64,000 nucleotides of DNA from an uncultured Thermoplasmatales archaeon (GCA_964514975.1 CAZESS010000010.1:1-64000), one strand, 5' to 3'. Positions 1 through 10,936 are shown, numbered from the stretch's first letter. A program made the numbers and translations. Notes: generated from the letters alone by a model not told the origin.

Positions 1-142
1 TTCGGCATCTCAGCATAGCGTTTCCGTTTGTTAAATGTTTTCAGGACAGTACACTTCGCTTTTTTCTGGCACTCATCCGTATCCGGGAAGACAAAAGTTT
101 TTTATGCCAGCGAATGTTACACCCCTGTTTTTAGGTGATATC

Positions 143-403
143 GTGACGTCTCAACAAATAGCACACATCCGCGACGCCCTCAAGGAGTTGCAGGAAGATG
201 TGTCGGTACCGCGGAATATTCGCAAGGGGGCAAAGGAAGTGAACGGGATTTTGCAGCGCGAGGACGAATCGCTCGACGTCCGGGTTGCGTCTGCGCTGTC
301 GGTACTCGACGACCTGGTGAACGATCCCAACGTTCCCATCCACGGGCGGACGGCGATATGGAACATAATGAGCCAGCTAGAATCGTTGAGCTCTGAAACG
401 TAA
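143..403 (+). CDS. UPF0147 family protein
   Basis: Conserved archaeal pattern 'D.SVPRNIR...A.S.LDDLVNDPN.P.H.RT.IWNI.S.LES'. GTG start at 143 follows an AGGTGAT SD (133-139). Confidence 0.85.
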   Translation: MTSQQIAHIRDALKELQEDVSVPRNIRKGAKEVNGILQREDESLDVRVASALSVLDDLVNDPNVPIHGRTAIWNIMSQLESLSSET

Positions 404-433
404 AAAAAGAAAAAAGAGGGGGGAAGCGAGGGT

Positions 434-631
434 CTATTTCTTTTTCAGGAACGGAAGACCCGTTCGCTTGTTGACCTTTACCTCGTATCCCTTTGGCTTC
501 TCTGCCGGCCTGCCGCTTTTCGGCGTCCGGGCGCTGAAGAAGTAGATGGTCTGGGTCTTTCCTCCCTTCAGTTCGACGTCTCGGGTGTACAATGTATACT
601 CTTTCCCCTTGCTTTTATATGTAAATGCCAT
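434..631 (-). CDS. Small basic conserved hypothetical protein (65 aa), possibly nucleic-acid binding
   Basis: Lys/Arg-rich, ends 'VNKRTGLPFLKKK'. SD-like GAGG upstream and a T-rich tract downstream on the minus strand. Confidence 0.75.
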   Translation of the reverse strand: MAFTYKSKGKEYTLYTRDVELKGGKTQTIYFFSARTPKSGRPAEKPKGYEVKVNKRTGLPFLKKK

Positions 632-851
632 TGTTATCGCCTCTTCTAGTGTATCTCTTAATAGAATTTAAATGCTTCGATATTTTTCCAGGGGAAGCGC
701 GGGTTAGCACAGCTGCAGCAGCACGAAAACCACAACACCCATAATAACAAAAATTATCCATAATATATACGCCAGATTGAGGCGCCGCATCCACCGCGCT
801 TTTTTCTCCGGCGTATCAAAAAAACGGCCGAGAATGGGGTCATCCGCGATG

Positions 852-1487
852 CTATCCATCCTTTGCCTCCATCAACGACTTCATGCGCTTCCGCCGGACG
901 AAATCCTCGCGCTCCCGTTCCTCGAGCTGCCGCTCGATGTACTCGATGGTACCCTCCAGCTTCGGGATGAAAATGTGCTCGAGCGCGTTCACCCGGCGCT
1001 TCGTCTTCTCTATCTCCTTGCCGAGCTTCTGGATGCTGCCCTCGATGCCAGCCACCTCGATCGTCTCCCGGAGCGCCTCATTGCTCTTCGCGATGGCCTC
1101 CGACAGGCTGGCCGTGGTATCCAGCACGCCATACTGCCCGACGTCGCGGTCCTCGAGCCCGAAGGCAACGATGGGCACACCCATCACGTGCTTCCGGTCC
1201 AGCTCGACCGAGCGATCATTCCGCATCGCCTCCGCCAGCTCCCGCACCCTGTCCTCGCCCATCAGCATCTCGGCGTGGATGAGCGCAGTGAACGCCTGCC
1301 GTAGTTTGCCCTCCATTTCCTCCCGCTTCTCGCGGCGGTCCCTGATGATGTCGAAAAAATCGGAGATAAGGGCATCCCGCTTCTGCGACAGCAGCTCATG
1401 GCCCTTGCTCGCCAGCGCCTTCCGCTTCCGTATCTCCAAGAGTTCCATGCGAGTCGGCTTGACGCCCTCCATTATCTCCTGTGCCAT
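852..1487 (-). CDS. atpD: A/V-type ATP synthase subunit D
   Basis: 'KPTRMELL', 'GHELLSQKRDAL', 'EIEKTKRRVNALE'. Confidence 0.97.
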   Translation of the reverse strand: MAQEIMEGVKPTRMELLEIRKRKALASKGHELLSQKRDALISDFFDIIRDRREKREEMEGKLRQAFTALIHAEMLMGEDRVRELAEAMRNDRSVELDRKHVMGVPIVAFGLEDRDVGQYGVLDTTASLSEAIAKSNEALRETIEVAGIEGSIQKLGKEIEKTKRRVNALEHIFIPKLEGTIEYIERQLEEREREDFVRRKRMKSLMEAKDG

Positions 1488-1490
1488 AGT

Positions 1491-2861
1491 TTACTCCGGG
1501 TAGTATTGCTCGATGTATTTTTCGTCTATCTTTTTCAAATCTTCCCTGGGCAGCATGCCGAGCAGCTCCCAGCCCAGGTCGAAGGTCTCGTCGAACGTCC
1601 GGTTTTCCTCCTCGCCCTGCGACACAAACCGTTCCTCGAACGCGTCGGCGAACTTGAGATAGCGGCGGTCACGCTCCGTCAGCGCCTCCTCACCGACCAC
1701 GGCGACGAGGTCACGGAGGTCGCATCCCTCCGCATATGCAGCATACAGCTGCGTTGAAAGCTGATGATGGTCGGGGCGGGTGCGCCCCTCGCCGATGCCC
1801 TCGGCCATGAGACGCGACAGGGCGGGCAGCACCGCAATCGGCGGATACACGTCCTTGTTCTGCAGCTCCCGGGACAACACGATCTGTCCCTCGGTGATGT
1901 AGCCCGTCAGATCAGGGATGGGATGCGTGATGTCGTCGTCGGGCATCGTCAAAATCGGGATCTGGGTAATCGAGCCCTCCCGGTCCTCGATGCGGCCGGC
2001 GCGCTCATACAGCTGCGCCAGATCGGTGTACATGTAACCGGGGTAGCCACGGCGGCCGGGCACTTCCTCACGGGCAGCGGCGATTTCCCGCAACGCCTCG
2101 GCGTAGTTGGTCATGTCGGTCAAAATGATCAGCACATGCATGTCCATGTCAAACGCCAGATACTCGGCGGCGGTCAGCGCCATCTTCGGCGCAATCAATC
2201 GCTCGATAGCCGGGTCGTCGGCAAGGTTGAGGAACAGGATGCTCCGCTCGATGGCACCGGTTTCCTCGAAATCACGCATAAAAAAATCGGCTTCCTCAGC
2301 GGTGATACCCATCGCGCAGAACACAACGGCAAAGTTCTCCTGACCGCGGACCTGCGCCTGCCGGGCGATCTGCGCCGCCAAGTTGTTGTGCGGGAGGCCG
2401 GAGCCAGAAAAAATGGGGAGCTTTTGCCCCCGTACAAGCGTGTTCATGCCGTCGATGGTCGAAATACCCGTCTGGATGGGATCACGGGGATACTCCCGCG
2501 CCGAGGGATTGATGGGGGATCCGTTGACATCCCGCATGCCATCCGGGATGGGCGCCGGCGAATCATCGATAGGGGTGCCGATGCCGTCGAACACGCGGCC
2601 GAGCATGTCCCCGGTGACGCCGAGCTGCATGGGCTTGCCCGTAAAACGCACCGCCGTATCCAAGGTGTCAAGGCCGGTGGTGCCCTCGAAGACCTGCACG
2701 ACGGCGCGGCCGCCGCCGACCTCCAGCACCTGGCCCGTGCGCTTCTCGCCGCCCGACGTCGTGATGTCGACGACCTCGCCGTAGCCAACGCCCTCGACCT
2801 CGTCGACGATCATCAGCGGACCCGAGACCTCTGTAACCGTTGTATACACCATTCCTTCCAT
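1491..2861 (-). CDS. atpB: A/V-type ATP synthase subunit B
   Basis: '[15 protein letters not shown]', '[15 protein letters not shown]', '[15 protein letters not shown]'. Start trimmed to ATG 2861. Confidence 0.98.
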   Translation of the reverse strand: MEGMVYTTVTEVSGPLMIVDEVEGVGYGEVVDITTSGGEKRTGQVLEVGGGRAVVQVFEGTTGLDTLDTAVRFTGKPMQLGVTGDMLGRVFDGIGTPIDDSPAPIPDGMRDVNGSPINPSAREYPRDPIQTGISTIDGMNTLVRGQKLPIFSGSGLPHNNLAAQIARQAQVRGQENFAVVFCAMGITAEEADFFMRDFEETGAIERSILFLNLADDPAIERLIAPKMALTAAEYLAFDMDMHVLIILTDMTNYAEALREIAAAREEVPGRRGYPGYMYTDLAQLYERAGRIEDREGSITQIPILTMPDDDITHPIPDLTGYITEGQIVLSRELQNKDVYPPIAVLPALSRLMAEGIGEGRTRPDHHQLSTQLYAAYAEGCDLRDLVAVVGEEALTERDRRYLKFADAFEERFVSQGEEENRTFDETFDLGWELLGMLPREDLKKIDEKYIEQYYPE

Positions 2862-2863
2862 AT

Positions 2864-4627
2864 TTATTCCTCCAGCGCTGCTATCTCGTTTTCCATCTGC
2901 TTTTCTATCTCGGCGAAGTGCTCCTCCCATTCATCGTTGGGCACCGTGCCCAGCCGGGAGATACGCACCCGCACGTCGAGCTTTTTGACCCTGTCGAAGT
3001 CAAAGGTTGGCGACGCGAGCTCTTCCACCAGATGATAATACTTGAGCATGATCCGCAGCATCTCATACTGCTTCTCCGACGGGCAAAACGTGTCCACCTC
3101 GTGGTAGGCGTTCTGCTGCAAAAAATCCTCCCGAATAATCTGCGCACCCTCGAGCACCGCCCTGTCCGAGGGCGGAAGCGCGTCCGGGCCGACCAGCCGG
3201 ATGATCTCCTGCAGCTCGTCCTCACGCTGCAGCAGCGCCATCGCCTCGTTTCGATAGGCAAGCCAGTCCTCGCCGACATGCTCGCTCCACCAGTCCTTCA
3301 CCCGGTCGAGGTACAGGGAATAGCTGCGCAGCCAGTTGACGGAGGGAAAATGACGCCTGTCCGCCAGGTCGGAGTCAAGCGCCCAGAAGACCTTGGCGAT
3401 ACGGAGCGTGTTCTGCGTCACCGGCTCCGAAAAATCCCCGCCCGGCGGCGACACCGCGCCGATGATGGACAGCGAGCCCTCGCGGTCATCGCTCCCAATG
3501 GTCTTGATGCGGCCGGCGCGCTCATAAAAACCTGCGAGACGCGAGGCCAGATAGGCGGGATAGCCCTCCTCGCCGGGCATCTCCTCCAGCCGGCCGGATA
3601 TCTCCCGCAACGCCTCAGCCCATCGGGACGTTGAATCAGCCATCAATGCGACGTCATAGCCCATGTCCCGGTAATATTCAGCCAGGGTGATACCCGTGTA
3701 GACGGATGCCTCCCGGGCTGCCACGGGCATGTTCGAGGTGTTCGCGATCAGGATCGTCCGGTTCATCAACGGTTCGCCGGTCCGGGGGTCCTTGAGCTCA
3801 GGGAAATCGCGCAGCACCTCGGTCATCTCGTTGCCGCGCTCCCCGCAGCCAATGTAGATCACGATGTCGGCATCGCTCCACCGGGCAAGCTGATGCTGTG
3901 ACACCGTCTTGCCGGTCCCAAAACCGCCGGGAATGGCAGCGGTACCTCCCTTCGCCATCGGGAAAAACGTGTCAAAGATGCGCTGTCCGTTGATGAGCGG
4001 GATGCTCGGCGGCAGCTTTTTTTTCTCCGGACGGGCCTGGCGGACGGGCCAGCGCTGCAGCATCGCTATCTCGCGCTCCTCGCCATCCACGTCGAGCACG
4101 GCGATGGTGTCCTCGACGGTGTAGCTGCCCTCGCTGACCGATGTGACGGTTGCCTCGTCGATGTCGGGCGGGACCATGACGCGGTGCTCCACCACCGGTG
4201 TCTCCTGGACGGTGCCCAGGATGTCGCCGGCGTGGACGGTATCATTTTTCTGCACCTTCGGGGTGAAATCCCATTCTGCCTCGCGGTCGACCGCCGGTGC
4301 CTCGACGCCACGCGCGATGAAATCCCCTGATTTTTCCATGATATCGGGGAGAGGGCGCTGGATGCCGTCATAGATGGCGGTGATGAGACCCGGGCCGAGT
4401 TCCACGGCGAGCGGCATGCCCGTGTTGATAACCGTATCGTTGGGCTGCAGCCCGGTCGTGTCCTCGTAGACCTGGATGGTGGCCTGGTCCTCCTTGAGCT
4501 CGATGATCTCGCCGATCAGTCCTTCCTCGCCGACCCGTACCAGGTCGTACATCTTCGCTCCCTTCATGTCCGTGGCTTTCACCACCGGTCCGGCCACGTT
4601 GTCGATTTTTCCCTTTTTATCAGCCAT
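2864..4627 (-). CDS. atpA: A/V-type ATP synthase subunit A (catalytic), no intein
   Basis: Walker A 'GGFGTGKT', 'GCGERGNE', '[13 protein letters not shown]'. Confidence 0.98.
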   Translation of the reverse strand: MADKKGKIDNVAGPVVKATDMKGAKMYDLVRVGEEGLIGEIIELKEDQATIQVYEDTTGLQPNDTVINTGMPLAVELGPGLITAIYDGIQRPLPDIMEKSGDFIARGVEAPAVDREAEWDFTPKVQKNDTVHAGDILGTVQETPVVEHRVMVPPDIDEATVTSVSEGSYTVEDTIAVLDVDGEEREIAMLQRWPVRQARPEKKKLPPSIPLINGQRIFDTFFPMAKGGTAAIPGGFGTGKTVSQHQLARWSDADIVIYIGCGERGNEMTEVLRDFPELKDPRTGEPLMNRTILIANTSNMPVAAREASVYTGITLAEYYRDMGYDVALMADSTSRWAEALREISGRLEEMPGEEGYPAYLASRLAGFYERAGRIKTIGSDDREGSLSIIGAVSPPGGDFSEPVTQNTLRIAKVFWALDSDLADRRHFPSVNWLRSYSLYLDRVKDWWSEHVGEDWLAYRNEAMALLQREDELQEIIRLVGPDALPPSDRAVLEGAQIIREDFLQQNAYHEVDTFCPSEKQYEMLRIMLKYYHLVEELASPTFDFDRVKKLDVRVRISRLGTVPNDEWEEHFAEIEKQMENEIAALEE

Positions 4628-4644
4628 ACGTTTCACGCTCCAAT

Positions 4645-4962
4645 TTAAATCTCAACTCCGACAGCCCGCCGTATCAGCATGTCGATGGAGTCCTCCCGGT
4701 CCTCCATCTTGCCCCGCTTGTCAGGCACTTCAACGATGACGGGCAGCTCTTTCTGCAATTTTACCTGGGTAATCTTTTTGATGATCGACTGCGCGACGCG
4801 CTCCGTCACGATGACAACGCCGACGGCGTCGTCGGCGACGAGCTCGTCGAACTGCGCCGCAACGTCATCATCGGCAACCACGGCGCGGCTCACGCCGGCC
4901 AGCCTGAACAGCGCGACGGTGTCAGCGTCGCCGATAACCGCTATCTTCATGTCCTCGTTCAC
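4645..4962 (-). CDS. atpF: A/V-type ATP synthase subunit F
   Basis: '[16 protein letters not shown]', 'P.IVEVP', 'IRRAVGVEI'. GTG start overlaps the atpC stop. Confidence 0.95.
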   Translation of the reverse strand: MNEDMKIAVIGDADTVALFRLAGVSRAVVADDDVAAQFDELVADDAVGVVIVTERVAQSIIKKITQVKLQKELPVIVEVPDKRGKMEDREDSIDMLIRRAVGVEI

Positions 4963-6029
4963 GCCATCACCACCATGTCCCATATGTCATCCGACGGCAG
5001 TCCCTCGGCAACGCCCTTGGCGATGGCTTTGAGATTCCGCGCCTCATATTCTTTTTCAACGACAAACCGGATGCCGGCTCCAAGGCCCATGCTGTCATCG
5101 CAGGCCAAATCGGCGACGATGTGCAGGAGCTGCCCGTCAAGCGCCATCTCCAGCGCCGGGACACCCTGCTCCTCATAGCGGGGCATGGCGTTCCGCAGGA
5201 CGTCGATGTAGGCGGTGCCCTCCAGCAGCGAGATAATCTCGGGGATGGAATCTATTTTGAGCATGTGCTCGAGCGTCCAGCCGGCAAGCTCGCGGCCCTC
5301 GCCGAACAGCATTGACTCGATATCTGCAACGTGGTAATATTTGGCCCGGAAGATAGCCTTGAGGTTCATGACGTCAACCAGGCGTTTGACAAACACGTCC
5401 CGGATATGCCGCGTCGGCTTCGGCAGCTCGGCCTCACGCAGCCGGCCGATGAGATAGCGGTCGACCGCGTACTCGACGAACGCCGGTGCCGCATTTTCGT
5501 CGACGAGCTCCCTGACCTCGTGCATGCCATGGCTGGATAAAACGTTGAGCAGTTGCTCCCGGTCGGCTTTCTGGAGCGCCCGGAGGACCATTGCGCCCCA
5601 GTCCGAGTGTGTCTCTCGCTCGCCGGGTGCCTCGTTGCGCATGACGGCTTTGATGGCCTCCTTGACCGGGCGGGCGTCGAGCTTTTGCAGGTATGCGTCA
5701 TAGAAGGATGCGACCGTGTCCGGCGAGTCCTTCCGGGCCATCTCGACCATCCGGGCGAGCGAGCTGTCGATGCTGCGCTGCACCGCCCCGGCCCTGTCGC
5801 CTTCCACGGCGAAGTCGCGGCTGCCGACGTTGCCCGTGTATTGTTCGAGGGTGTCACTGTTCACGAGCGGAGCCAGCCCCTTTTTGTGGATGTACGGGGT
5901 GCCGATGGCGTTGAACTTGGCGTTGGGGTAGGTAAAGCCGGCCATCGAGACCAGCGACGGCATGAACTTTGCGGCGACCCCGACGCCTGCCGCGGCTGCT
6001 CCAACCCAGAGAACAGTGGCCAGGTTCAC
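4959..6029 (-). CDS. atpC: A/V-type ATP synthase subunit C (d)
   Basis: 'YPNAK', 'D.MNLK.IFR.K', 'KEYEARNLKAIA.G', and operon position. Confidence 0.92.
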   Translation of the reverse strand: MNLATVLWVGAAAAGVGVAAKFMPSLVSMAGFTYPNAKFNAIGTPYIHKKGLAPLVNSDTLEQYTGNVGSRDFAVEGDRAGAVQRSIDSSLARMVEMARKDSPDTVASFYDAYLQKLDARPVKEAIKAVMRNEAPGERETHSDWGAMVLRALQKADREQLLNVLSSHGMHEVRELVDENAAPAFVEYAVDRYLIGRLREAELPKPTRHIRDVFVKRLVDVMNLKAIFRAKYYHVADIESMLFGEGRELAGWTLEHMLKIDSIPEIISLLEGTAYIDVLRNAMPRYEEQGVPALEMALDGQLLHIVADLACDDSMGLGAGIRFVVEKEYEARNLKAIAKGVAEGLPSDDIWDMVVMA

Positions 6030-6595
6030 GTGTCCTCCTCCTCGAACAGGTGCTCGGCCATCAGGATGCGGATGTCGCCCATCCGGCGCTCCATGATCGA
6101 TTCGAAGGTTTCGTCGAGCTGGCGGCTGCCATCTGCGCTCTGGATGACGACGCCGCCGATGCTGTCGATGTTTCCCTCGACGGGTACGTCCAGCGAGGCA
6201 GCGATGTCTTTGTCCGTGTCCCGTGACACGAGAACGGTGCAGTCCCCGAAGCGCTTTTTGCCCTGCTGTATCGACCGGCGGACATGCGTCTCGTATGCAT
6301 CGCCGTTTACCTCGGCGAGATGCCGGCGGATCTCCCGGAGGCAGTCCTGCATCACCTGTTCCTTGGCCTGCCGCCGTGCCTCGCGGGCTTTGCGGCGCGC
6401 CACGGCCAGTGTTTTGTCTCGAACCCGGGTGGCCTGTTTTTCTCCCTGCATGCGGATGTCCTCGGCCTCTTTTTCGGCCTGCTCCCTCGCCTCCCGGATG
6501 ATCTGGTCGGCGCGCTGCTCCGCCTCCGCGATTATCTGCTCTGCCTGATGGGAGGCGTCATGCTCTATCCGCTCGATGAGGGATTCCAGCGACAT
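6026..6595 (-). CDS. atpE: A/V-type ATP synthase subunit E
   Basis: Coiled-coil N-terminus, 'IGGVVI.S.DG...D.TFE'. Confidence 0.93.
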   Translation of the reverse strand: MSLESLIERIEHDASHQAEQIIAEAEQRADQIIREAREQAEKEAEDIRMQGEKQATRVRDKTLAVARRKAREARRQAKEQVMQDCLREIRRHLAEVNGDAYETHVRRSIQQGKKRFGDCTVLVSRDTDKDIAASLDVPVEGNIDSIGGVVIQSADGSRQLDETFESIMERRMGDIRILMAEHLFEEEDT

Positions 6596-6598
6596 GGT

Positions 6599-7171
6599 TT
6601 ACAGCAGGCTCAGGCCTGACATCAGCAGGATGGCGACCAGCAGTCCGAAGATGGCGATGGTCTCCGGCATCACGGTGAAGATGATGCCCCTTGCCGCTAC
6701 ATCGGGATTGCGGCCGACGGCCGATATCGACGACGCGGCGACCATGCCCTGGCCGATGCCCGATATGCCGGTCAGTCCGACGACGAGCCCGATGGCGATG
6801 CCGCCCAATCCAAGGGCGCTGTTCTCCAGCAATGCCAGGTCGGCGGCGCCGCCCAGCAGGCCGGCTCCCATCATAAGCAAAACGGCGATGAGCAGGCCGT
6901 AGACCGCCTGGGTCATCGGCAGCACCTGGAGCACCAGCAGCTGTCCGAACAGTTCCGGTTTTTCCGCGGTGACCGCCACGGCCGAGTTGCCCGCGAAGGC
7001 AAGGCCGAAGGCGGAGGCGATACCGGCGATGGACACCGCCAGCATACAGCCGATCAGGATGTTCGCCTGCGTCTCGCCCGCCGCTCCGTCTTCCAGGCCG
7101 GCAGCCGATGCAGGGCCGGCACAGAGCACCAGGGCCACGAGGGCCAGTCCTATTGCCACAGTTTTCTTCAT
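6599..7171 (-). CDS. atpK: A/V-type ATP synthase subunit K (c, proteolipid) with two hairpins and a signal-peptide-like N-terminus
   Basis: Four hydrophobic helices. 'LPMTQAVYG' in hairpin 1, 'GIGQG...MPETIAIFG' in hairpin 2. Confidence 0.95.
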   Translation of the reverse strand: MKKTVAIGLALVALVLCAGPASAAGLEDGAAGETQANILIGCMLAVSIAGIASAFGLAFAGNSAVAVTAEKPELFGQLLVLQVLPMTQAVYGLLIAVLLMMGAGLLGGAADLALLENSALGLGGIAIGLVVGLTGISGIGQGMVAASSISAVGRNPDVAARGIIFTVMPETIAIFGLLVAILLMSGLSLL

Positions 7172-9135
7172 TTTATTTCCTCCGTATATTTTCTCTCTAT
7201 GTGAAAGGGAGTATACTTGCGGCCGCCTCCGTCATAGAAGCGACCGAAGAACTCGACATACTGCAGACGTAGCGCGTGAACGCCGGCGCCCAAGGCCTGC
7301 AGCAGCAGGTTGATGACATGTGCGAGCACGAGAACGACCGGGGCGAGCACCACCCCGACATATGGAACCAGAGAGGGCAAAAGCTCGGCGACGATGTTGA
7401 ACGCCATCGCCATGCCGGCGGTGGCAAGCCCCAGAGCGAGCAGCCGCGCATACGACAGCCAGTCGCCGATGTAGCCCGTCAGCTCGAAAAAGCCCATCGG
7501 GCCGTTGTTCACAAACAATGCAGCGAGGCCGACAACGGTAAAGACAAGAGACAGATAATACAGCAACGACGGCAATACCCAGATGTCCAGGAGCATGCTG
7601 CCGATGAGCGCACCCCCGCCGAGCTGGAGCACCATCCAGGCCGCCTGGTCGAGCGCCAGGTCCTTCATCCTGCCCCGCTTGAAATTCTGGTAGGCACCGA
7701 GCAAAATGCCCAGGTTGAGATGCGCCAGCCCGATGAGCAGGGTCATCGACAAAATGATGAGCGGCTTGTGCAGCGCATCGATGGGCAGTTCGAAGCCGAG
7801 CAGCGTCGCGCTGTAAAACGTCTGGTCTGGATTGCCATATATGAAGCGGGGTATGAAATCGCCGAAGAACCCGTTGAACAGGAAGCCGGCAACGATGGTC
7901 CCGATGCCCATCCAGATGCCCAGCAGCGACCAGTCATGGATGGTGTCGCTGTACCTGCCGAGCCGATAATAGGCCCATATCGCTGGGATGAGGATGAGGA
8001 TGCCGTAGCCGGCATCACCGAGCATGATGGCAAAAAACAATATAAGCGAAAAGCCGAGAAACATGGAGGGGTTGACCTCGTTGTACCTGGGCAGCGCAAA
8101 CAGTTCCAAGAACGTCCGGAAGGAGCCCGCCCACCCCGGCAGGTCAAGATGTATCGGCGCGTCATCGCTGTCACGCGACGCCACCTCGGCGGTAAAGGCA
8201 GCGGTGCCATCGGTCGCCTCCATGACGAGGCTTTCGAGGCGCTCCGCATGGCTGGCGAGACACCACCCCTGGATGAGCGACGTATACCGGGTGCGGCCGA
8301 AGCGCTCAGGTATCTCACGGCGCTCCTTTTCAAGCTCGATCTCCTCGCGGATGGCACGGATGCCATCCCGCCGCCGATGGAAAATCTCGCGGAGGTTCTC
8401 GGTCAGCTGCTTTTTTTTCGCCTCCATGTCCTTTTTTTCCCGTTCGAGCGCCGACACGCGCTGCCCGGGATACCCGGATGCCGATATCTCTATTTCCTCG
8501 AAATGCTTCGCCCGGCGCATCGCTTCGGCATCATCCCGATGTGCGACGAGCAGCACGGCCCATTCCTCCTCGTCGACCATCTCGCTGTAAACATGGATGG
8601 GGGTGTCCCTGAGCGAGGAGCGCAATGCGGTGACGTCGCCGGATAACCCGGCCGTAATGACCGTGAAACGGGAGGTGCCCAGCCAGCCGAGGTCGATGTC
8701 GAGGGCGTCGAGCTTTTCAAGCCTTGCCCGTTGTTCCTCGATGGCGTCGAGGCGCTTGTCGATGGCTTCGATGTCCTCCTCGGCGTTGATGACGTAGCGC
8801 TCGATGTCTTCCAGCAGCTCGTCGGCCGCAGCGATTTTTTCGTCGAGCGTGCGTCGCTGCACCTGTCGCTGTTCCGGAATGGACGGATGCAGCATCGCCC
8901 TGATGCCTTTGCGTTTTTTTTCGTATTGTTTGAGAATGTTGAGGATGCGGGTGAGGCGGAGCTCCCTGGAGGCACAGCGGTCCACCTCGGGGTGCATGCT
9001 GCCCTCCTCGACGTCTTCCATCGATGCCCGGGATATCTCCATCAGGCCGGCGTGGTGCAGCCGTTCGACGAGCTGGTTGTTCTGCTCCTGGTGCGTGAGG
9101 ATGCCAACCCGGCTCATCTCTGATGGAAACAGCAT
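7168..9135 (-). CDS. atpI: A/V-type ATP synthase subunit I (a)
   Basis: 'LPRYNEVNP', 'GDAGYG', 'SYARLLALGLA', 'HALRLQYVEFFGRFY.GGG'. Confidence 0.97.
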   Translation of the reverse strand: MLFPSEMSRVGILTHQEQNNQLVERLHHAGLMEISRASMEDVEEGSMHPEVDRCASRELRLTRILNILKQYEKKRKGIRAMLHPSIPEQRQVQRRTLDEKIAAADELLEDIERYVINAEEDIEAIDKRLDAIEEQRARLEKLDALDIDLGWLGTSRFTVITAGLSGDVTALRSSLRDTPIHVYSEMVDEEEWAVLLVAHRDDAEAMRRAKHFEEIEISASGYPGQRVSALEREKKDMEAKKKQLTENLREIFHRRRDGIRAIREEIELEKERREIPERFGRTRYTSLIQGWCLASHAERLESLVMEATDGTAAFTAEVASRDSDDAPIHLDLPGWAGSFRTFLELFALPRYNEVNPSMFLGFSLILFFAIMLGDAGYGILILIPAIWAYYRLGRYSDTIHDWSLLGIWMGIGTIVAGFLFNGFFGDFIPRFIYGNPDQTFYSATLLGFELPIDALHKPLIILSMTLLIGLAHLNLGILLGAYQNFKRGRMKDLALDQAAWMVLQLGGGALIGSMLLDIWVLPSLLYYLSLVFTVVGLAALFVNNGPMGFFELTGYIGDWLSYARLLALGLATAGMAMAFNIVAELLPSLVPYVGVVLAPVVLVLAHVINLLLQALGAGVHALRLQYVEFFGRFYDGGGRKYTPFHIERKYTEEIK

Positions 9136-9136
9136 G

Positions 9137-9454
9137 TTATTCGAGTATCATGTCCACGACGTCGTGCGCGGTCGTTTCGACGTGAGATGAGGCAGCCTTG
9201 CCGATACGCTCGGCGGCTCGTTCGCCCTCGGCCCGTATCTCCTGTGCCCTCCGTTCGGCATCCCGGCGGGACTGCTCGACCTGCTCCTCCACGGTTTCGC
9301 GGGCGCTTTCGAGGATGGATCGGGACTGCTGCTGTGCCTTCTCGCTGGCTTTTTTGACGATCCAGTCTGCCTCTTTTTCGGCCTGGTCGATGCGTTCCAC
9401 CGCCGCCTTTTCCGCCTCCTTGACCCTGCCTATCTCTTCCTTAATCATATACAC
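9137..9454 (-). CDS. atpH: A/V-type ATP synthase subunit H (G)
   Basis: Charged coiled-coil 'VKEAEKAA...AE', first gene of the operon. Start may be ATG 9448. Confidence 0.85.
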   Translation of the reverse strand: MYMIKEEIGRVKEAEKAAVERIDQAEKEADWIVKKASEKAQQQSRSILESARETVEEQVEQSRRDAERRAQEIRAEGERAAERIGKAASSHVETTAHDVVDMILE

Positions 9455-9493
9455 TGGGCTGAAATAGCCATGGGATTATAACTCTTCCGGCGT

Positions 9494-10879
9494 TCAGCCG
9501 TCGACGCGGGTGATGTCGAGGCTGCTCCATTCATCGCGGTCGTAGGGGCCGCCGCCGCTGCCGTCGGAGTAGTCCACGATCTTGAAGTTGTACCGGTAGT
9601 TCATGCAGCTCCGGTAGGCCCCGGAGAGCCAGTAGGCCGGCTGCCAGGGAAAGGTGCGAAGGTGCGGCAGGCCGAGCTGGTGGCCGAGCTCGTGCATGTA
9701 GGTGCCGCCGTGGCCCAGTATCATGCCTTCTTCCCAGGGGCGCCACCGCTGGACGTAGGCGCTCGCCACCAGGAACGCGTCGCGCTTGAAGTTGCAGCCC
9801 GCCACGCCTCTGCCAAACAGGCGCTGCATGTCATGGCAGATGATGACGTAGTGGAACACGCCCTCGCGGGGGTTGTCCCGGTTGCCATTGAGAAAGTATT
9901 CGTTGTATATCTCGCTGAGCTCGTCCCAGTCGAGCGTGTCGTCATAAGGTATGGTGTCGCTGCCATCCATCATGCCGTCGTCGGCGAGCATCATGATGTC
10001 GTGCTCGGCAAAGGATGAATACTGCATCTGCAGCGCCTCGACGGGCATCACGGGAGTGACACCGTCGCCGGATGCGATATAGTCGTTTTCCAGGTAGATG
10101 TCCTGCCGGAAGGGGTCGGCCAGCCACCGGTGCATCATGTATTCCTCGGTGTTCTGCAGGCCGTCCTGGTCGGGGTCCAGGTTGGCGTGGTCGTCCCAGG
10201 TAAAGGGGTCGTAGCCCCAGTGGTCCTCCCATTCGATGGGCACGCCGTCCTGGTCGGCGTCCTCGCCCAGGTTGCTCGTCTCCGGGTCGGTGCCATACAC
10301 ATTGGTTTCCTCCCAGTAGGAGAGGCCGTCGCCGTCGTAATCATTAACGGCGATGTCGAACCATATCTCGTAATCCGTATCGTCGCTCTCGTTGCCCGTG
10401 CAGCCAGCGCCGTGGCCGTAGCCATCCGTGTCACCCAAGAAATCGTCGCCGGTCCAGTCGCCCCGCCGGACATCGTAGGTGAACTCCAGGGCGCCGTCGC
10501 CGGAAACGTCCATCGCCTCACCATCCTCAAGCACCTCGATGGTCACCGCCACGCTCGCCTCATCGTCGGGGATGTCAAACGACGTGGTGCCGATGCCCCA
10601 GACATCAAAGCCCTCCATGGCATCGCTCTGCCATGTCTCGCCGTTGACTTCGACGCGCACGGTGAACGATGGTGGCTGCCCGATAGCGACGTCGAGCTTC
10701 CTCGCCCGCTCCAGGGTTACCTCCAGTGAGAGGTCGACCAGCGGGTCGAGGTCATCGTCCGCCGTTATCTGCATCTCCCGGTCGAAGGAAACCGTGGAGA
10801 CGGTGCCCGCCAGCGGCGCCGTCAGCATGACCAGCACCGCGGCACAGACAAACCATGTTTTTTTGTCTAGAAACGCCAT
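9494..10879 (-). CDS. Secreted zinc metallopeptidase (metzincin-like) with Ca-binding DxDxDG repeats
   Basis: N-terminal signal peptide. Repeats 'DYDGDG', 'DADQDG', 'DPDQDG'. 'HELGHQLGLPH' (HExxHxxGxxH) and Met-turn 'SCMNY'. Confidence 0.8.
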   Translation of the reverse strand: MAFLDKKTWFVCAAVLVMLTAPLAGTVSTVSFDREMQITADDDLDPLVDLSLEVTLERARKLDVAIGQPPSFTVRVEVNGETWQSDAMEGFDVWGIGTTSFDIPDDEASVAVTIEVLEDGEAMDVSGDGALEFTYDVRRGDWTGDDFLGDTDGYGHGAGCTGNESDDTDYEIWFDIAVNDYDGDGLSYWEETNVYGTDPETSNLGEDADQDGVPIEWEDHWGYDPFTWDDHANLDPDQDGLQNTEEYMMHRWLADPFRQDIYLENDYIASGDGVTPVMPVEALQMQYSSFAEHDIMMLADDGMMDGSDTIPYDDTLDWDELSEIYNEYFLNGNRDNPREGVFHYVIICHDMQRLFGRGVAGCNFKRDAFLVASAYVQRWRPWEEGMILGHGGTYMHELGHQLGLPHLRTFPWQPAYWLSGAYRSCMNYRYNFKIVDYSDGSGGGPYDRDEWSSLDITRVDG

Positions 10880-10936
10880 GTTTTTGTCATACCCGGGAGT
10901 TATATAACGTTAACCTTGCACGAAAACAAAAAAAGG

